Made by a program: the position numbers and the translations under genes. DNA of 64,000 nt, from positions 86,552,001 through 86,616,000 of the forward strand of contig OZ024744.1 of assembly GCA_964016885.1 (NCBI GenBank). Direction: 5' to 3'. The DNA comes from Eledone cirrhosa (Eukaryota). The stretch's first letter is position 1, and every line of letters begins with the position of its first letter. The notes below the pieces were generated by a model, which was given only the letters and a program-made list of their open reading frames with translations, was not told the origin of the DNA and searched no databases. Positions 30,007 through 45,833 of the stretch are shown in pieces.

Positions 30007-32030
30007 TGGCTGCCAACTCGTTTTCGAGTACGGCCACTACTTTATATCCATGTAGGAGAACCCCTACCGATGCGCTGAACGAGTGTGACTTTTTAGTCCA
30101 GCCAGCGGCTTGAAAACTCTGGTACAAACACTACACTTGTGACAATTATTGACACATAGTGCTGGGCCCATGGTACCATGTGAGGACAAGTGCAGAGAGA
30201 TCTCCAGATATAAAGCAATGCCTGTGCCGTGAAGCTTTTATAGTGAGCAAAGGCACTGCACAAAGCCATATATATATACACATATATATACAAACACACA
30301 CATATATATACACACATACATTCACACATATATATACACACATATACATACATTCACATACATATATATATACACATATATACATACATTCACATACATA
30401 TATATATATATACACACATACATACATTCACACATACACACATATATATATACACACATACATTCACACATACATATATATACACATACATACATATATA
30501 TACACATACATGGTGGCTGCCAACTCGTTTTCGAGTACGGCCACTACTTTATATCCAAGTAGGAGAACCCCTACCAATGCGCTGAACGAATGTGACTTTT
30601 TAGTCCAGCCAGCGACTTGAAAACTCTGGTACAAACACTACACTTGTGACAATTATTGACACATAGTGCTGGGCCCATGGTACCATGTGACGACAAGTGC
30701 AGAGAGATCTCCAGATATAAAGCAATGCCTGTGCTGTGAAGCTTTTATAGTGAGCAAAGGCACTGCACAAAGCCAGTCCCACTCTCTTAACCAAGATGAT
30801 ATTTACCAAAAAGAAGAACAATTCAACATCATTGGATACCATCAGGGTTGCAGGTGTTATATCAGAGTTTTCCTTCTCCTAGAATTCTGCCTTGACAAAG
30901 GCTAAGGGGTCATCTCTCCCGGTGATTTTGGATGGCTATTGACTCTTAAGAGCCTCTTTGCCTTTTGACAGGTTTTATTTTTAGTCCTGCAGGATGTCCA
31001 AAGCCACCCTCCTCACCAAGAAACCTTGGTGGGGTTGCCAGTTTAGTCGCCAACGACCCGACCATGAGACAGGTTGTACTGGGATACATGTTACCAGTAG
31101 CACCAACTGGTGACCTGACACATATATATATATATATATATATATAGAAATGAACAGATATCTTTAGACTATTGTGTTTCTAAATAAGTAAGCAATAATA
31201 TTGTTATACTTTGGGAGGGTCATGTTGCCAATAAGAAACACACGCACCAGTTGCTTTCACTCCAATTTATTATAAATTAAATTCATAAATTTAAGAATTT
31301 ATAAATTTCCGGTTGGTTGGTTGGTTCCATAGCCGGACGATTGTTCATATATTGTCAAAGTTCTTTCGTCACACATTCTGTGACCTCTTCACTCCAATTT
31401 ATTATAAATTAAATTTATAAATTCTTAAATTTATAAATTTAATTGATAATAAATTGGAGTTAAACATTTGGTGCGTGTGTTTCTTATTGGCAACATGACC
31501 CTCCCAAAGTATAACAATATCGGTTTCAACACATGTTTTCAAATAAAGAATCTTGCTAAACAAATTCAGAAACGAAATAAGCCATAATAACCAAATAAAA
31601 ATATATATGTTTATATATATATATAGAGAGAGTTTCATGAGTCTCAAGTGTTTTAAGCATAATCGATCGTTTGTCTTCGATGATGGAATATATTCATTGA
31701 TTTTTTTCGATTATTGATTACATTGATAGATTTTTAGCCACACTCTTCAGGTATGAAATAACGCTGCGTACATATTCTTTTATAGAATATGTATTTGGTA
31801 TATATACAATATACCGTGTTTCTTTTACGATATACAGCCCTTTCTCACTTTCTCTAAACATATATATTTTAATTTTATATATATATATATATAAGCAAAA
31901 GGGATATTAAATTTGTTGGTAATTCAACAAATATAAATGTTTATAACTGATTCAGAGCACTCGACAGTTTTCTGAAGTATAATATTCAATGATATTAAAT
32001 AAATGGAAACTATATTCATAAAACCATATT

Positions 32031-32091
32031 TATTCTATTATATATATTTCAAGGGTACCAAAACTTTGGTACGCTCTCATCAGATAAAATA
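32031..32091 (-). ncRNA. Hammerhead candidate HH-2 (best copy)
   Basis: tattttat CTGATGA gagc gtaccaaa-gt-tttggtac cctt GAAA tatata TA atagaata. 8-bp stem I, palindromic ATATATAT stem III. The mirror copy at ~32332-32392 has GAAA>TAAA. Confidence 0.75.
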
Positions 32092-32435
32092 CAAAGTTTC
32101 TTTTATAAATATTGACATAACCAAGAAAAGATACCTTAACCGTTCAAGTTTTTCTTGGATAGTGAAGGAAAAGAGAAGAAAAGTAAGATATTTCAAATTA
32201 TTAAGATGAGTATGCAAATGAGGTTGAGGTATAGGGCTGAAAAAACGTTATTTTCCTTCATTATCCAAGAAAAACTTGAACCGTTAAGGTATCTTTTCTT
32301 GGTTATGTCAATATTTATAAAAGAAACTTTGTATTTTATCTGATGAGAACGTACCAAAGTTTTGGTACCCTTTAAATATATATAATAGAATAATTATGGT
32401 TTTATAAATATAGTTTGCCATTTATTTAATATCAT

Positions 32436-32483
<48 letters not shown>

Positions 32484-32790
32484 CAAACTCATCAGGAGAA
32501 TATTTCGCCGTAGTTTACTTTAGTTCTCTCTAGTAGTGCGGACAATATCGGCCTTCCACTTGCTGATGACCCACGGGGGCGAATTGGGACCTACTTAAAT
32601 GGCTAGACATTCTGCTGGTGAGTTTGTACACATGTGACTTAGATAGGAGGTTGGTTTCTCATTTTAATTAAAACTTTTAATTTTAATGTTATTCCTATGC
32701 CACTATTAGCTTATATTCTCTTCACGCTGGTGGTTTGAAATTCCTGTAAAGAAAAACACACTCTTCTGTGTCTTTCCCCTCTATATATTG

Positions 32791-32987
<197 letters not shown>

Positions 32988-33344
32988 ATATATATATAAA
33001 TATTTATATATATTTATTAAAATAACAGATTAAAGTTTAAGCAAAGAATCGCTGCTTTCAGCCTTAACGGGATCTTCTGAAACTAAAAAAATCAATCTGT
33101 GAACGCAGAAGTAAATGTTATTTTATTTATCATTACATCTCTGTATCTATATTTATATATTATAATGTAAGTTTCCAATGATTATGGCTTCTGCAATGAA
33201 ATAGCTGCGTTGATAAGGTATAAAACTCCTCAATCATGGAACTTGACTTAAATGTAAATGCACGTGTTTTGCTGTATATTTGAGCTGTACACTCACACAC
33301 ACACACACAGAGACACACACACACAATCACACACAGACTTACAC

Positions 33345-36300
33345 ACTTGTAGAGTCTGTAAAGTTAGGAATTGAAGGAAGAATCGAGCCTCTTATACCTA
33401 GACAGCCGAGTATCCATTTTAAAGAACTCAAAAGAAACTTTGAGGAAGACCTGCCAGTTTGACTGATTGCTCCATCCAAATCGGATATTGGAGTAATCAG
33501 TAAAAATATTATTGATAGAATTCTACCTATTTTGAAATTGAGGTCTAAATTGAGCTTGTGGAATGATACAAATGAAGTGATTAACTGGTTTAAAAATATA
33601 GATGATAATAAAAACCATAAATTCATCCAGATGGACATAACAAGCTATTACTCTTCCATTACGCCTAACCTACTAAATAAGGCTGTATCATACGCTTACA
33701 AACATACAGATCTAACTACGGATGAAATTGATATCATATTAACTGCTAGAAGAACTCTAATTAACTTCAACAATGAGTATTGGACTCGCTCAGATAGAAA
33801 TAGAAACTTCGACATTACCATGGGATCATCGGACTCAGTGCAAGTCACGGATCTTCTGGGGATTTTCATCTTAAATATGATAAATAGAAAACTGCCGGAG
33901 ATTACCGGTGGTTTATATAGGGATGATATTTTATTTACGGTTGTTAAACACAACAATACAGAACTAAATAGGGTAAAGAAAAATATTATTGAATTCTTTA
34001 AAAATTACGACCTTAAACTAAAGGTAGAAAGTGGTACCAAAATAATTAATTTCCTTAACTTAAACTCTGGTTTGTATTACCCTTTCTATAAGCCCAATGA
34101 AAGCTTAAATTACGTTAGTTATTACACTAATCACCCTAAATCTGTGAAAAACGCAATTGTAAATAGTGTAAAGAAACGCATAACTAGAATACCTGCCAAT
34201 AAATCAATATTTGATGAAAAAGCAGGATATTACAATGATGCGCTAAGAAAGGCAGGTTATAAAAATAATTGTTTCTACTTTTGGCACAAGGCCATCAATT
34301 ATCTCAGTGCATTACTGGTACTTTATTTTATCGACCCCGTAAGGATGAAAGGCAAAGTTAACCTAGGCGGGATTTGAACTCAGAATTGCAAGGGCCGTAA
34401 CTCTATGCATCAAAGGTTATAAAAATATAGACATTAATAATCCGAGTCTTAATCCTGATAAAAATAATAGCATATATAAACGAAATTCTAAAAATTCTAA
34501 TAATTATAATTCAAACACCTGTACTGTGTATAAATCGGGGAAAAGAACCAGAACTAAATCAGTTATATGGTCCCCCCCCCCCCCCTGCTTCTGTAGCAGT
34601 AAGAACACCAATAGCTAATCTATTTTTAAAGCTTTAGATAGTTCCTTCCCTAGTCAACATATATACCACTCCATATTTAATAGACACACAATTAAACTTT
34701 CTTATTCTACAACTATGAATATGGCCCAAAACATCGCTAAACTAAATAGTATAATTCTAAACCAAAATCAACATAATGCTATTAATACTAGTGTTAATAT
34801 AAATTATAATAATAATAAATCGAAATGTAATTGTAGAAATAAACCAGATTGCCCTCTGCAAAATAATTGTCTGGATAGAAATTTGGTGTATAAATGCACC
34901 GTAAAAACAAATAACACCAGATACAACTACATAGGAGCAACTTCTTCGACATTTAAATCTAGATTTGCGAACCACAAATGCTAATTTTCGAATTTTAATA
35001 GGAAGTCTTCGACTTCTTTATCACAACGTATATAGTCATTAAAAGACAACAATTTAAAATACTCGATCTTTTGGACGAATCTTTGTAATAGTAAAATATA
35101 TACGAACTCGTCCATATCAACTAACAGCAACCTCTGCACAAAGGAGGCCCTATTAATAATTACTAATTATGAAAACTTAACAAAAAAAGTGAATTATTCT
35201 CAAACTGCCTTCATAAAGCTTTGTCTACATTCCGAGCCTCGCCAAAAGTCAGGAAAAAAACACTAAACAATCAGGCCTTAATTTTTTGACGTCTCTTATC
35301 AACTGTTGGGCCTAAAAAGTCATAACGGTTTATAAAACTTTAATAATGATTTATCTTCTTATCATTTATGATAGAATTAATGTTAGAAGGAGGGATACTC
35401 TTTTGATAACTTGTTTACTTGATAAATATGCACACCATAGGTTTTTTTTTTAATTTTTTTTTTTAGATATTTAAAATTTTGATTGAGATCTTTATTTATC
35501 TGTCTCTGTTTTAAATATATAATTTGGATATTTAACTTGTAAATTTACCGATTATAATTGAACTGTAGATCATTCATGCGTTTGCATATTTTACTCATTT
35601 TGAGTATGTTTTAGGGATTCTGAAAGTTAGATTTGCATTTATTTACTTTTTATATATATCGAGGTATAAATATAACAAACCATAATAGTCGACAATTATT
35701 GGTCTATCTCTCCACTGAACTGGACGAAAAACTACAATTATAGCATTACTAATAATGATTATAATTAGTTATTTATTAAATGTATACCGTTTCATTAATA
35801 CCTATAATAATATCTCTATATAGTTGTACAAATATGTTTATCTAGTGTAATAACATACTCGTAGTTACATTTATAAATAATTTAGATACTCAAATGACTC
35901 TATATTGTTATAAGTGTTTGATATTCCCTGGAAGTTCGAATTTATATAATGATTTTTACTTAATATAATATAATTTAATTTAATTTAATTTAATATATTT
36001 TAATTAAATTTAGATTAATTTCGGCTTTTTCAAATATTTAGCTCCTCTTTCTATCACATTCGTTAAAATATTTTAGACGTCATTTTTGTCTACTATATAT
36101 TAAAACCCTATTACATTTATAATATATTTTTAATATTGGGCATTTGTAAGTTTCGCAAACAATTCATTATTTTTATTCTTTATTTTTATATTTATTTGTA
36201 TCTAGCCCCTATCATTATGACTCATTTAGTTTTGACTTATATGTTTATAGTATATATCAACTAAATGAAAATAATTGATATAAAACATTAACTTTCTAAC

Positions 36301-37345
36301 AATATTTTTTAACAATATACTTTAACTATATATATTTTTTAACAATATTTTCAGTAACTTATTTACTATATTGTATTATTGTCTTTCATCCTTACGGAGT
36401 CGATAAAATAAAGTACCAGTAATGCACTGGGTAATTGCTGGCCTTGTGCCTAAAGTAGAAACAATTATTGTATTATATTATATATATTTGAAAGGTATCA
36501 CCTTAAGTCTTTAGACATTATAATCCTTATACATTTTTTAATTAACACATATATATAATTAAAAATTCAGATTTCTTTAAGTTTAGTTAAAAGGCCGGTT
36601 GATCCTTTAGGCACTCAAACTATTTAAACATAAATGCTTTAATAATTATAACTATACTTATTTTATAAATTATATTATATAAATTGTTGTCAATATTATA
36701 AATAATTTTGGTAAAGATTACCTTCGTGAGGGTATAAAAACATTATATATTTTCTTTCTCGTGTTTCGTAAATCCTTTAAATTTGTTTTCATAAAATTTG
36801 AATTTTAGAAATTAAACTTGATAGTATAATTATAATATTAATACAAATACATATTAACTTTTAAAACCTAAAATATTACTCATTTCTCTAAAATAACTTA
36901 AATTATATATTTTGAATATTAACGGCCAACTAAATAAATTTGGATATATATTGCATATATGGTTAATTGTCTATAAACTTGAACATAAATTACTCCCCTT
37001 TGTCTCTCTCTCTCTCTTTAATCATCTTTCATTTGTTTTTCGAGCCACCTACTAAATATATTATCACATCAGCTCTTTCTTCCTCTATGCTTTCCTTTCT
37101 TTTCTCTTTCTTCAGTAGTTTAAAAAAAAAATGTTTAACTGTTATATTGATGCCAGGTATTTTTTAAGCTGTATTACACGCACCCTCTCTATTGTATGTA
37201 TTATATATTTTTCTCATGTTCCCAATATTAGGGTATAAATATTGAGTTTTTGTCATATGTTAATCACTACCATGACAGAATCTTAACCATCTAATATGTC
37301 AGGGTATGTCATGCATCATCTTATTTTATCTGATGAGGACGTATA
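33345..37345 (+). mobile_element. Decayed Penelope-like element (RT plus C-terminal GIY-YIG, Nematis-like motifs) with ~2-kb AT-rich 3' region
   Basis: RT motifs FIQMDITSYYSSI, FDITMGSSDS, GGLYRDD. Linker CNCRNKPDCPLQNNCL. EN motifs LVYKCTV..YIGATSSTFKSRFANH. The AT-rich tail ends at tattttatCTGATGA (HH-2 start), then (TA)n. Clade label is tentative. Confidence 0.88.
34268..34413 (-). mobile_element. SINE family A inserted in the PLE ORF with a 14-bp TSD
   Basis: aggttataaaaata duplicated at 34254-34267 and 34414-34427. Confidence 0.9.
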
Positions 37346-37364
37346 CATATATATATATACATAT

Positions 37365-37461
<97 letters not shown>

Positions 37462-37714
37462 GGCGAGCTGATTTGTTGCAAATAAGTATAATAAATGAAG
37501 AATTAGAAATAGAAGTTAGGAATATCCGTCATCAGTGGTCTACTAGACATCATAGGTATTTCTTCGCATTACAGACAATATACCTCCAGCTAGGGTGATA
37601 CAATAACTAAAATGAGTTATTGGGATAAAAAGAGTTGGGCGGAGAAAGAGAGACATGTAGACAAAAAACGAATAGGTGAGGCAACGTAAAGAGAGGAGAT
37701 GTATAAATAAACAA

Positions 37715-37778
<64 letters not shown>

Positions 37779-38000
37779 GTATAAATGTATTTATATATCA
37801 GTATGTATACGTACATACATATATGTATACAGACGTACAGTAGTATGTATATACAAACATACATGCACACACATATATATATTTATATGTACGTATGGGT
37901 TTACCGAACATTTATTATAATGTTCGGTTTCTTTGTAAATAAACAGTATACATACATGTATATATATATTTATGTATATCTATATATGTATATATATATA

Positions 38001-38222
38001 TTTATTAAAATAACATATTAAAGTTTAAGCAAAGAATCGCTGCTTTCACCCTTAACGGGATGTTCTGAAACTAACAAAGTCAATCTGTGAACGCAGAAGT
38101 GAATATTTCAAATATTAACTTCTGCGTTCACAGATTGACTTTGTTAGTTTCAGAAGATCCCGTTAAGGGTGAAAGCAGCGATTCTTTGCTTAAACTTTAA
38201 TCTGTTATTTTAATAAATATTT
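38001..38222. repeat. Fold-back inverted repeat of a TA-associated element; other copies at ~15460-15545, ~25020-25185, ~33010-33120
   Basis: tttattaaaataacagattaaagtttaagcaaagaatcgctgctttcacccttaacgggatcttctgaaact and its reverse complement. Confidence 0.85.
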
Positions 38223-38282
38223 GCCCTACGGTTCTTATATATCGAGCCCTCTTTCGATTTTAGTCTTCATATTTATTATTAT

Positions 38283-38403
<121 letters not shown>

Positions 38404-38902
38404 CATACATGTATATATATATATATATATGTATATACATGCATACGCACACACACATACACGCACACACACACACACGTATATATATATATGTGTATAT
38501 ATATATATTATATATATAACTATATGTAAATATCTTTAAGTCGTTTGGAAGCCTCGACAATGCAAATGGGTAAATCTCCGGGTAACAAGATCCGGTGGTG
38601 GAGAGAGAGATGTAAGTGGGTGTACGTTGAGATGCGTGGTGTGTATGAGATGTGTAGAAGAATGAAGGAAAGAGTATAAAGGATAAAATAAAAATAACAA
38701 CACCAGAGAGATTTAATAGTCCCTATATTTCGGATTCAAATCCATCAACTGGGGGTTTTTTCCGGGGTGGGGGAAATGTTGTCTGTCGGACAGGTGCGAA
38801 ACGCGTCCTTCGCTGTTTGTTGTTTTGAATATCTGAGTAAAAAAAATAATACTAACAATCGTTTGTTGTTTTAAATATCTGAGCAAAAAAAAATAATACT
38901 AA

Positions 38903-39075
38903 CAATCGTTTCTACTTTTGGCACAAGGCCAGCAATTAGCCAGTGTATTACTGGTACTTTATTTTATCGATCCCATAAGGATGAAAGGCAAAGTTAACCT
39001 CGGCGGGATTTGAACTCAGAATGGCAAGGACCGTAACTCTATGCGTCAAAGCATAGCGTCTGACCGTCTACCGAA
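38903..39075 (-). mobile_element. SINE family A copy
   Basis: Shared core. Confidence 0.85.
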
Positions 39076-39180
39076 ACCAAAGAAAACAACATGAATATAG
39101 AATTTAGAAAATTGCAGGCAAGAATAAGATTAGAATTATTAGAATTTCCTAATGGTTACTCTCCATTATTATTTTTAGCT

Positions 39181-39362
39181 TTGGCAGTATCGGTAGATCG
39201 TCAGACACCATGCTTTGCAGCACAGAGTTATGGCCCTTTACGTTCTGAGCTCAAAATCCGCTGAGTTTGACTTTGCCTTTCATCCTTGAGGGGTCGATGA
39301 AATAAAGCGTCAATAATGCACTAGCGTAATTGCTGGCCTTGTGCCAAAAGTAGAAACAATTA
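39181..39362 (+). mobile_element. Near full-length SINE family A copy (sense)
   Basis: A-box-like tggcagtatcgg, degenerate B-box gagctcaaaatcc, core gcctttcatccttgaggggtcgat. Confidence 0.85.
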
Positions 39363-39547
39363 TGTTTATATGAACCTGGGTTTGTAGGAGAGACGAAGTT
39401 TTAATGTTTATATAACCCCATATCATATGCATACATACACACACTAATAAACACACATACGCACACTCACACACACGCACATACATATGTTTATACATAT
39501 ATTTATATATAAAATAAGGAAAATGCAAAGTTAGGTGTAGACAATTA

Positions 39548-39665
39548 TGCCGCAGGTGTGAGCCCCGCGAGTTGGAGTGGCTTTTCCAGCACGTCTCCCT
39601 TGCCATCCTCCTCCGGGGAAACGCCTTCTCCATTCCGTCCGCCGGGGCTGTGTTTGGGCCCCATC
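39548..39665 (+). mobile_element. CRE-like (restriction-like endonuclease) LINE extreme 3' fragment
   Basis: CRRCEPRELEWLFQHVSLAILLRGNAFS, homologous to 50429-50560(-). Confidence 0.65.
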
Positions 39666-39717
39666 GCGTACCGTTGTAGTTGTTGTATACAGATTTTATA
39701 TTACGTTGTAGTAGAAG

Positions 39718-39789
<72 letters not shown>

Positions 39790-39853
39790 GTCTTCAGTAT
39801 TAGAATGACAATCAAGATCTACAAATATTTACATCTGATCTAAAATACATTAA

Positions 39854-40033
39854 ATAATTGTTTCTACGTTAGGCACAAGGCCAGCAATAACCCAGTGCAT
39901 TACTGGTATTTTATTTTATCGACCCCGTAAGGATGAAAGGCAAAGTCAACCTCGGCGGGATTTGAAGTCAGATCGTAAAAGGACATAACTATGCTGGAAG
40001 CATGGCGTCCGACCCTCTACTGATACTGCCAAT
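39854..40033 (-). mobile_element. SINE family A copy
   Basis: Shared core and tRNA-like head. Confidence 0.85.
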
Positions 40034-40432
40034 CCAAAATATATTAAATAATAACGCTTATATGGACAAAAAAACCTTACCGAATATTTGCTTTTGTATA
40101 CATACTTAATAAATAAATAAATAAATGCACAAATAAATAATTAAATAAATAAAGTGCACAAATATAGAAAATATACCAACAAGTTCAGCTGAACTATTGT
40201 TTTTGCTTGATATAAATACCTAGTATTTGTTCTTTGGTGAATTTCTAACTGGAAATCAAACTATGTAGAAAACTTCAAATATATTTCTGTTCATAGGAAA
40301 ATATACAAATAAAGTGCTTATATTTGTTTTCGAACCCTTGTGAGGATTACAATTTTAAAATTGTTGGTATGCCTCTATTAACATTTTCTGATAATCAAAC
40401 ATAAACAGTTAGCTTCTATGAATCTCTCTCTC

Positions 40433-40543
<111 letters not shown>

Positions 40544-40890
40544 GTTTCTGTCTCTCTGTCTCTCTCTCTCTCCCCCCTTCTCTCTTTCTCTCTGTGTATC
40601 TCTTTCATTATGTGTCTCTCTTTCATTAGGTGTCTCTCTTTCATTATGTGTCTCTTTTTCATTCTTTCTCTTCCCCCCCTCTCTTTCTCCCTCTAACTTT
40701 GTCTCTCTATCTCTGCCTTTCCCCCTCTCTCTATATCTCTCTTTCACTCTATCTATCTAACTATCCCATCTATCTCTATGCCTATTTACTTATTTATCTC
40801 TATATATATATCTAGTGCACTTATCTATCTACCTTTTCTCTATCTATATATCTATTTATCTATCACTCTTTTTTCTTTCTTTCTGTATTT

Positions 40891-40965
<75 letters not shown>

Positions 40966-41098
40966 ATCTCTCTCTCTCCCACTCACTCTCTCTAACTCTA
41001 TCTCTATCTATCTATATATCTAATCTCTCTCTCTCTCACCCTCACCCCTCTCTCTCTCACACTCACTCTTTCTCTCACTCTCTCTCTGTCTGATTATC

Positions 41099-41156
<58 letters not shown>

Positions 41157-41160
41157 ATCT

Positions 41161-41223
<63 letters not shown>

Positions 41224-41224
41224 C

Positions 41225-41256
<32 letters not shown>

Positions 41257-41814
41257 CTATTTATCTATCTACCCGTCTGTATGCATATGTGTGCACGTGT
41301 ATATGTGCATATGTGTTTCATTATGAATGTGTACGTGTACGTGTGTGAATGTCTGTGTGTAACCGCCTCTTAAAGCTGCTTAAAATGATATTACATGCGT
41401 TTTCTTGTAATTATTTGCGATTCTGTATATGTTTATGTATTTTCACTGTATGTGCTGGCACGGAGGTGTATGTATTTGTCAGCAGATAAGGATATGACTG
41501 AGTATGTATGTATAAGTGTGTATATTTATTTGTATCTATCTATTTGAATATTTGTCAGTTGTATTTCCCTTGTTTTCTTGAATAAACAATACATTTTTGA
41601 AATAATTTTAATATATGTGTATATATATATATATGTCTGTTCGGATCCGGTAGCATGTGAATATTTCAGTGTATGTATACGCATATACAAGTGTATGCAT
41701 GCGCGCATGTGTGTGTGTGCGTGTATGTGTGTGTGTGTGCGTGCGTCTGTGTGTGAGAGAGAGAAAGAGAGTTAATGTGTCAATATATATACATCTATCT
41801 TTGTCCTCCCCCCC

Positions 41815-41899
<85 letters not shown>

Positions 41900-41944
41900 T
41901 ATTTATATATATAAATTTACACACATATATATATATATAAATAT

Positions 41945-42010
<66 letters not shown>

Positions 42011-42430
42011 CGTTTGGGTGCGTATGTTATTTGTGTTTGTTTCTGTTAGTGTGTCTATATGTATCTTCGTGGATGTATGAGAGTGTGTGTTTTTGGTGTG
42101 GAGGTTTGTGTTTGTGTTGGTGTTTTTGTTTGTGTGTATGCATGAGTGTTATTTAAAACCTCTATTAGTAGCTAGTTCATATTGAACAAAGTTACGAGTG
42201 GAATGCAAGTGAAATAAATAAACTTGCGTGCTCAACGCACAGTGAATAGGCATTTTCTATTGGGAGACCAACATGGAAACGGAGCCAGTGGGCTGAGATA
42301 AAAGACCTAGGTGAGTTTTCACATATGAGACATTCATGTCGCTTGACTCAAAGTATCAAATAAAAATGGCTTTGATGGTTTAAGTGCGAATTTTTTCTCT
42401 TTATACACACATACATACAAACTCACACAC

Positions 42431-42540
<110 letters not shown>

Positions 42541-42572
42541 ATACCTATACACATAAATACATTTACACATAC

Positions 42573-42608
<36 letters not shown>

Positions 42609-42615
42609 ATATGTG

Positions 42616-42664
<49 letters not shown>

Positions 42665-42891
42665 CAAATACATACATATGAACATACACACATACATATA
42701 TGTATAGATATATATATATACATACATGCATATACATATATATACATACATATACACATAGATGAATATATATACATACTTACACATACACATATACACA
42801 TATACACATATACACATACATACATATATACATATACAAATACATATACATATATATGAACATACACACATACATACATGCATATATATAT

Positions 42892-43000
<109 letters not shown>

Positions 43001-43016
43001 GTGTGTGTGTGTCTAT

Positions 43017-43058
<42 letters not shown>

Positions 43059-43535
43059 TCATATATATATATACATACACACATATATATATATATATGT
43101 ATGTGTGTGTATTTAAATCATTGTTTTGTTAAATTTTTTTCCTTGGTGTCTATCACACGGATTGGTTCTTCTCCTTTTTTTTCTTGTTCTTGTTCTTGTT
43201 CTTGTTATTGTTATCGTTGTTGTTGGTGGTGTAGTGTTTAAAGAAGGGCTCATCTTGACAATCCTAGTGTAAATAGTTCGCCTATCACTTGATGGTCGGT
43301 TTTAAGCCCCAAACACAATATACGCAGTGTGTGATTTGCGCCGCGGTTCCGGTACAACGTGACCAATGGTCAAAGTGCAAAATACTTATTATGTTTATCC
43401 CGGGACAGCTCTAAACTGTCCACTGGTCAAACAATATGCTATATAAAGTGTCTCGTCAATGAAAGAAATGTATGTATCTAGGTGTCTGCTGCCTGCCTGG
43501 AAGATTGTCTGCTCTTTATATTAACCTTAATTTTG

Positions 43536-43581
<46 letters not shown>

Positions 43582-43620
43582 ATATGTATATATATATATA
43601 TATAAATATATATATACATA

Positions 43621-43757
<137 letters not shown>

Positions 43758-43765
43758 GTATACAC

Positions 43766-43828
<63 letters not shown>

Positions 43829-43837
43829 CATATACAC

Positions 43838-43890
<53 letters not shown>

Positions 43891-43893
43891 CAC

Positions 43894-43947
<54 letters not shown>

Positions 43948-44167
43948 TTGTGTATAATACGTATACCTTTGTGTTTGCAATGTATTAAAAAGGTTTATGT
44001 ATATGCAAGTATGTATTATGCTGGAATGGGTGACGCCAGATGATCTTCAAATGTTAAGTCTCTTTATATAGTGTGTATGAGTAAATATAAATATATATAT
44101 ATATACATACAAACGCACACATACACGCAGAGAGTCACATACAGATATATATCCATAAACACACATG

Positions 44168-44208
<41 letters not shown>

Positions 44209-44240
44209 AGAATTAGGGAATGATAGATTATTATTTGTAT

Positions 44241-44336
<96 letters not shown>

Positions 44337-44356
44337 CACGAGCAGCAGCAGCAGCT

Positions 44357-44446
<90 letters not shown>

Positions 44447-44478
44447 ATAGTAGTAGTAGTAGTAATAGTAGTAGTAGT

Positions 44479-44511
<33 letters not shown>

Positions 44512-45147
44512 TGTATCATCACACACAACCAGACACATACACACCCACACCCGTGCACATACATTATTTCTGTACATATATGTACTTCATTACGTTGTTT
44601 AATCTGACTCTTCACATTCTGAGTTCAAATGTCGACGAAGATTACCGTTGATTTACATCAGAGGTGTGCAACATATTCCATTGGCGGGCCAATTTTGAAC
44701 ATTGGAACAACTATTAAGGCCAGTCACTGTAAAAAAATATGTAATCTAATGAAAACTACCAAAGCACAACTTCTTTCCATAACAAGGAACTGGGAAATTA
44801 TAACACACATAACCCTATCAGTGAAGCCCTTTAGTATAGGTCAACTAACAGAAAATTGTATTACGGTTACGAAAAAAATTCTAAATAAGCCTACAAGGTA
44901 AAAATTACAAACAGTCATCGTATGTCACTCTGATTGTTCTGGCGGACCATATATATATATATATAACGAAGGAAATGTGGTAAGGAACCAGGTGGACCAT
45001 AACGCACCAAAGTACTCAATACTTAGGGTAGTAGAGTGGGTAATAGGAACCAATAAGACCCCGACGGCTAATTCTGGACGCAGTCCAGAATTAGACATCG
45101 AATTAGCCGTCGAAACGGCTTGAGCTCAGCCGTCGGGGTCTTACTGG

Positions 45148-45211
<64 letters not shown>

Positions 45212-45433
45212 CGAAACATAAGTCAATTGCATGAACTCATAATCCTTTATTTACTGCTATATATATTTTGATGATAGCCATTGAATGGCCATGACCTCAT
45301 CAGGCAGTTAGTCAGTTCTTAGATATGCCAGCTCTGTGTTTATAGTGTTGATGGTATCAGAGCCTTGGGACATATAAATATATATATATATATATATTTC
45401 GTTTCTGAATATTTGCAACATGACCCTCCCAAA

Positions 45434-45489
<56 letters not shown>

Positions 45490-45496
<7 letters not shown>

Positions 45497-45745
45497 CCAT
45501 ACCTCCATATGGTACAAGTTACCAGTTTTGTCAGAATGGACATGGACCTTTTATTAATTTTTCAGTTGTAGAAGGGTTAGAGTCTAATCCCTTTTGGAAT
45601 TCTGATTTGTGTTTTCTGAACTTTATGTGTTTAATCAAATTCAGTAGGGCGCTCTCAAAACTTTCCAGTTGAATATTATGAGAAACGATCGTAAAGCAGT
45701 GAAGTATATCTCTAATGACTTGATTTTTTTATTTCATTGTTTTAA
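45490..45745 (-). mobile_element. Internal PLE fragment (N-terminal/pre-RT region) bounded by (TA)n
   Basis: Minus strand gives QLESFESALLNLIKHIKFRKHKSEFQK..VHSDKTGNLYHM; the DK motif is typical of PLEs. Confidence 0.6.

Positions 45746-45833
<88 letters not shown>

Noticed and set aside
33532-34377. PLE ORF as an intact active gene or selenoprotein-type PLE
   Set aside because: The ORF is interrupted by a SINE, frameshifts and TAA/TAG stops. The EN is C-terminal, and there is no pattern of in-frame UGA at Cys positions.
38790-38812. gcGAAAcgcgTC hammerhead 3' half (a similar one at ~9158-9175, minus strand)
   Set aside because: No matching CUGANGA or stem I upstream.
39181-39265. tRNA gene
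   Set aside because: A/B-box-like motifs belong to SINE heads; no cloverleaf.
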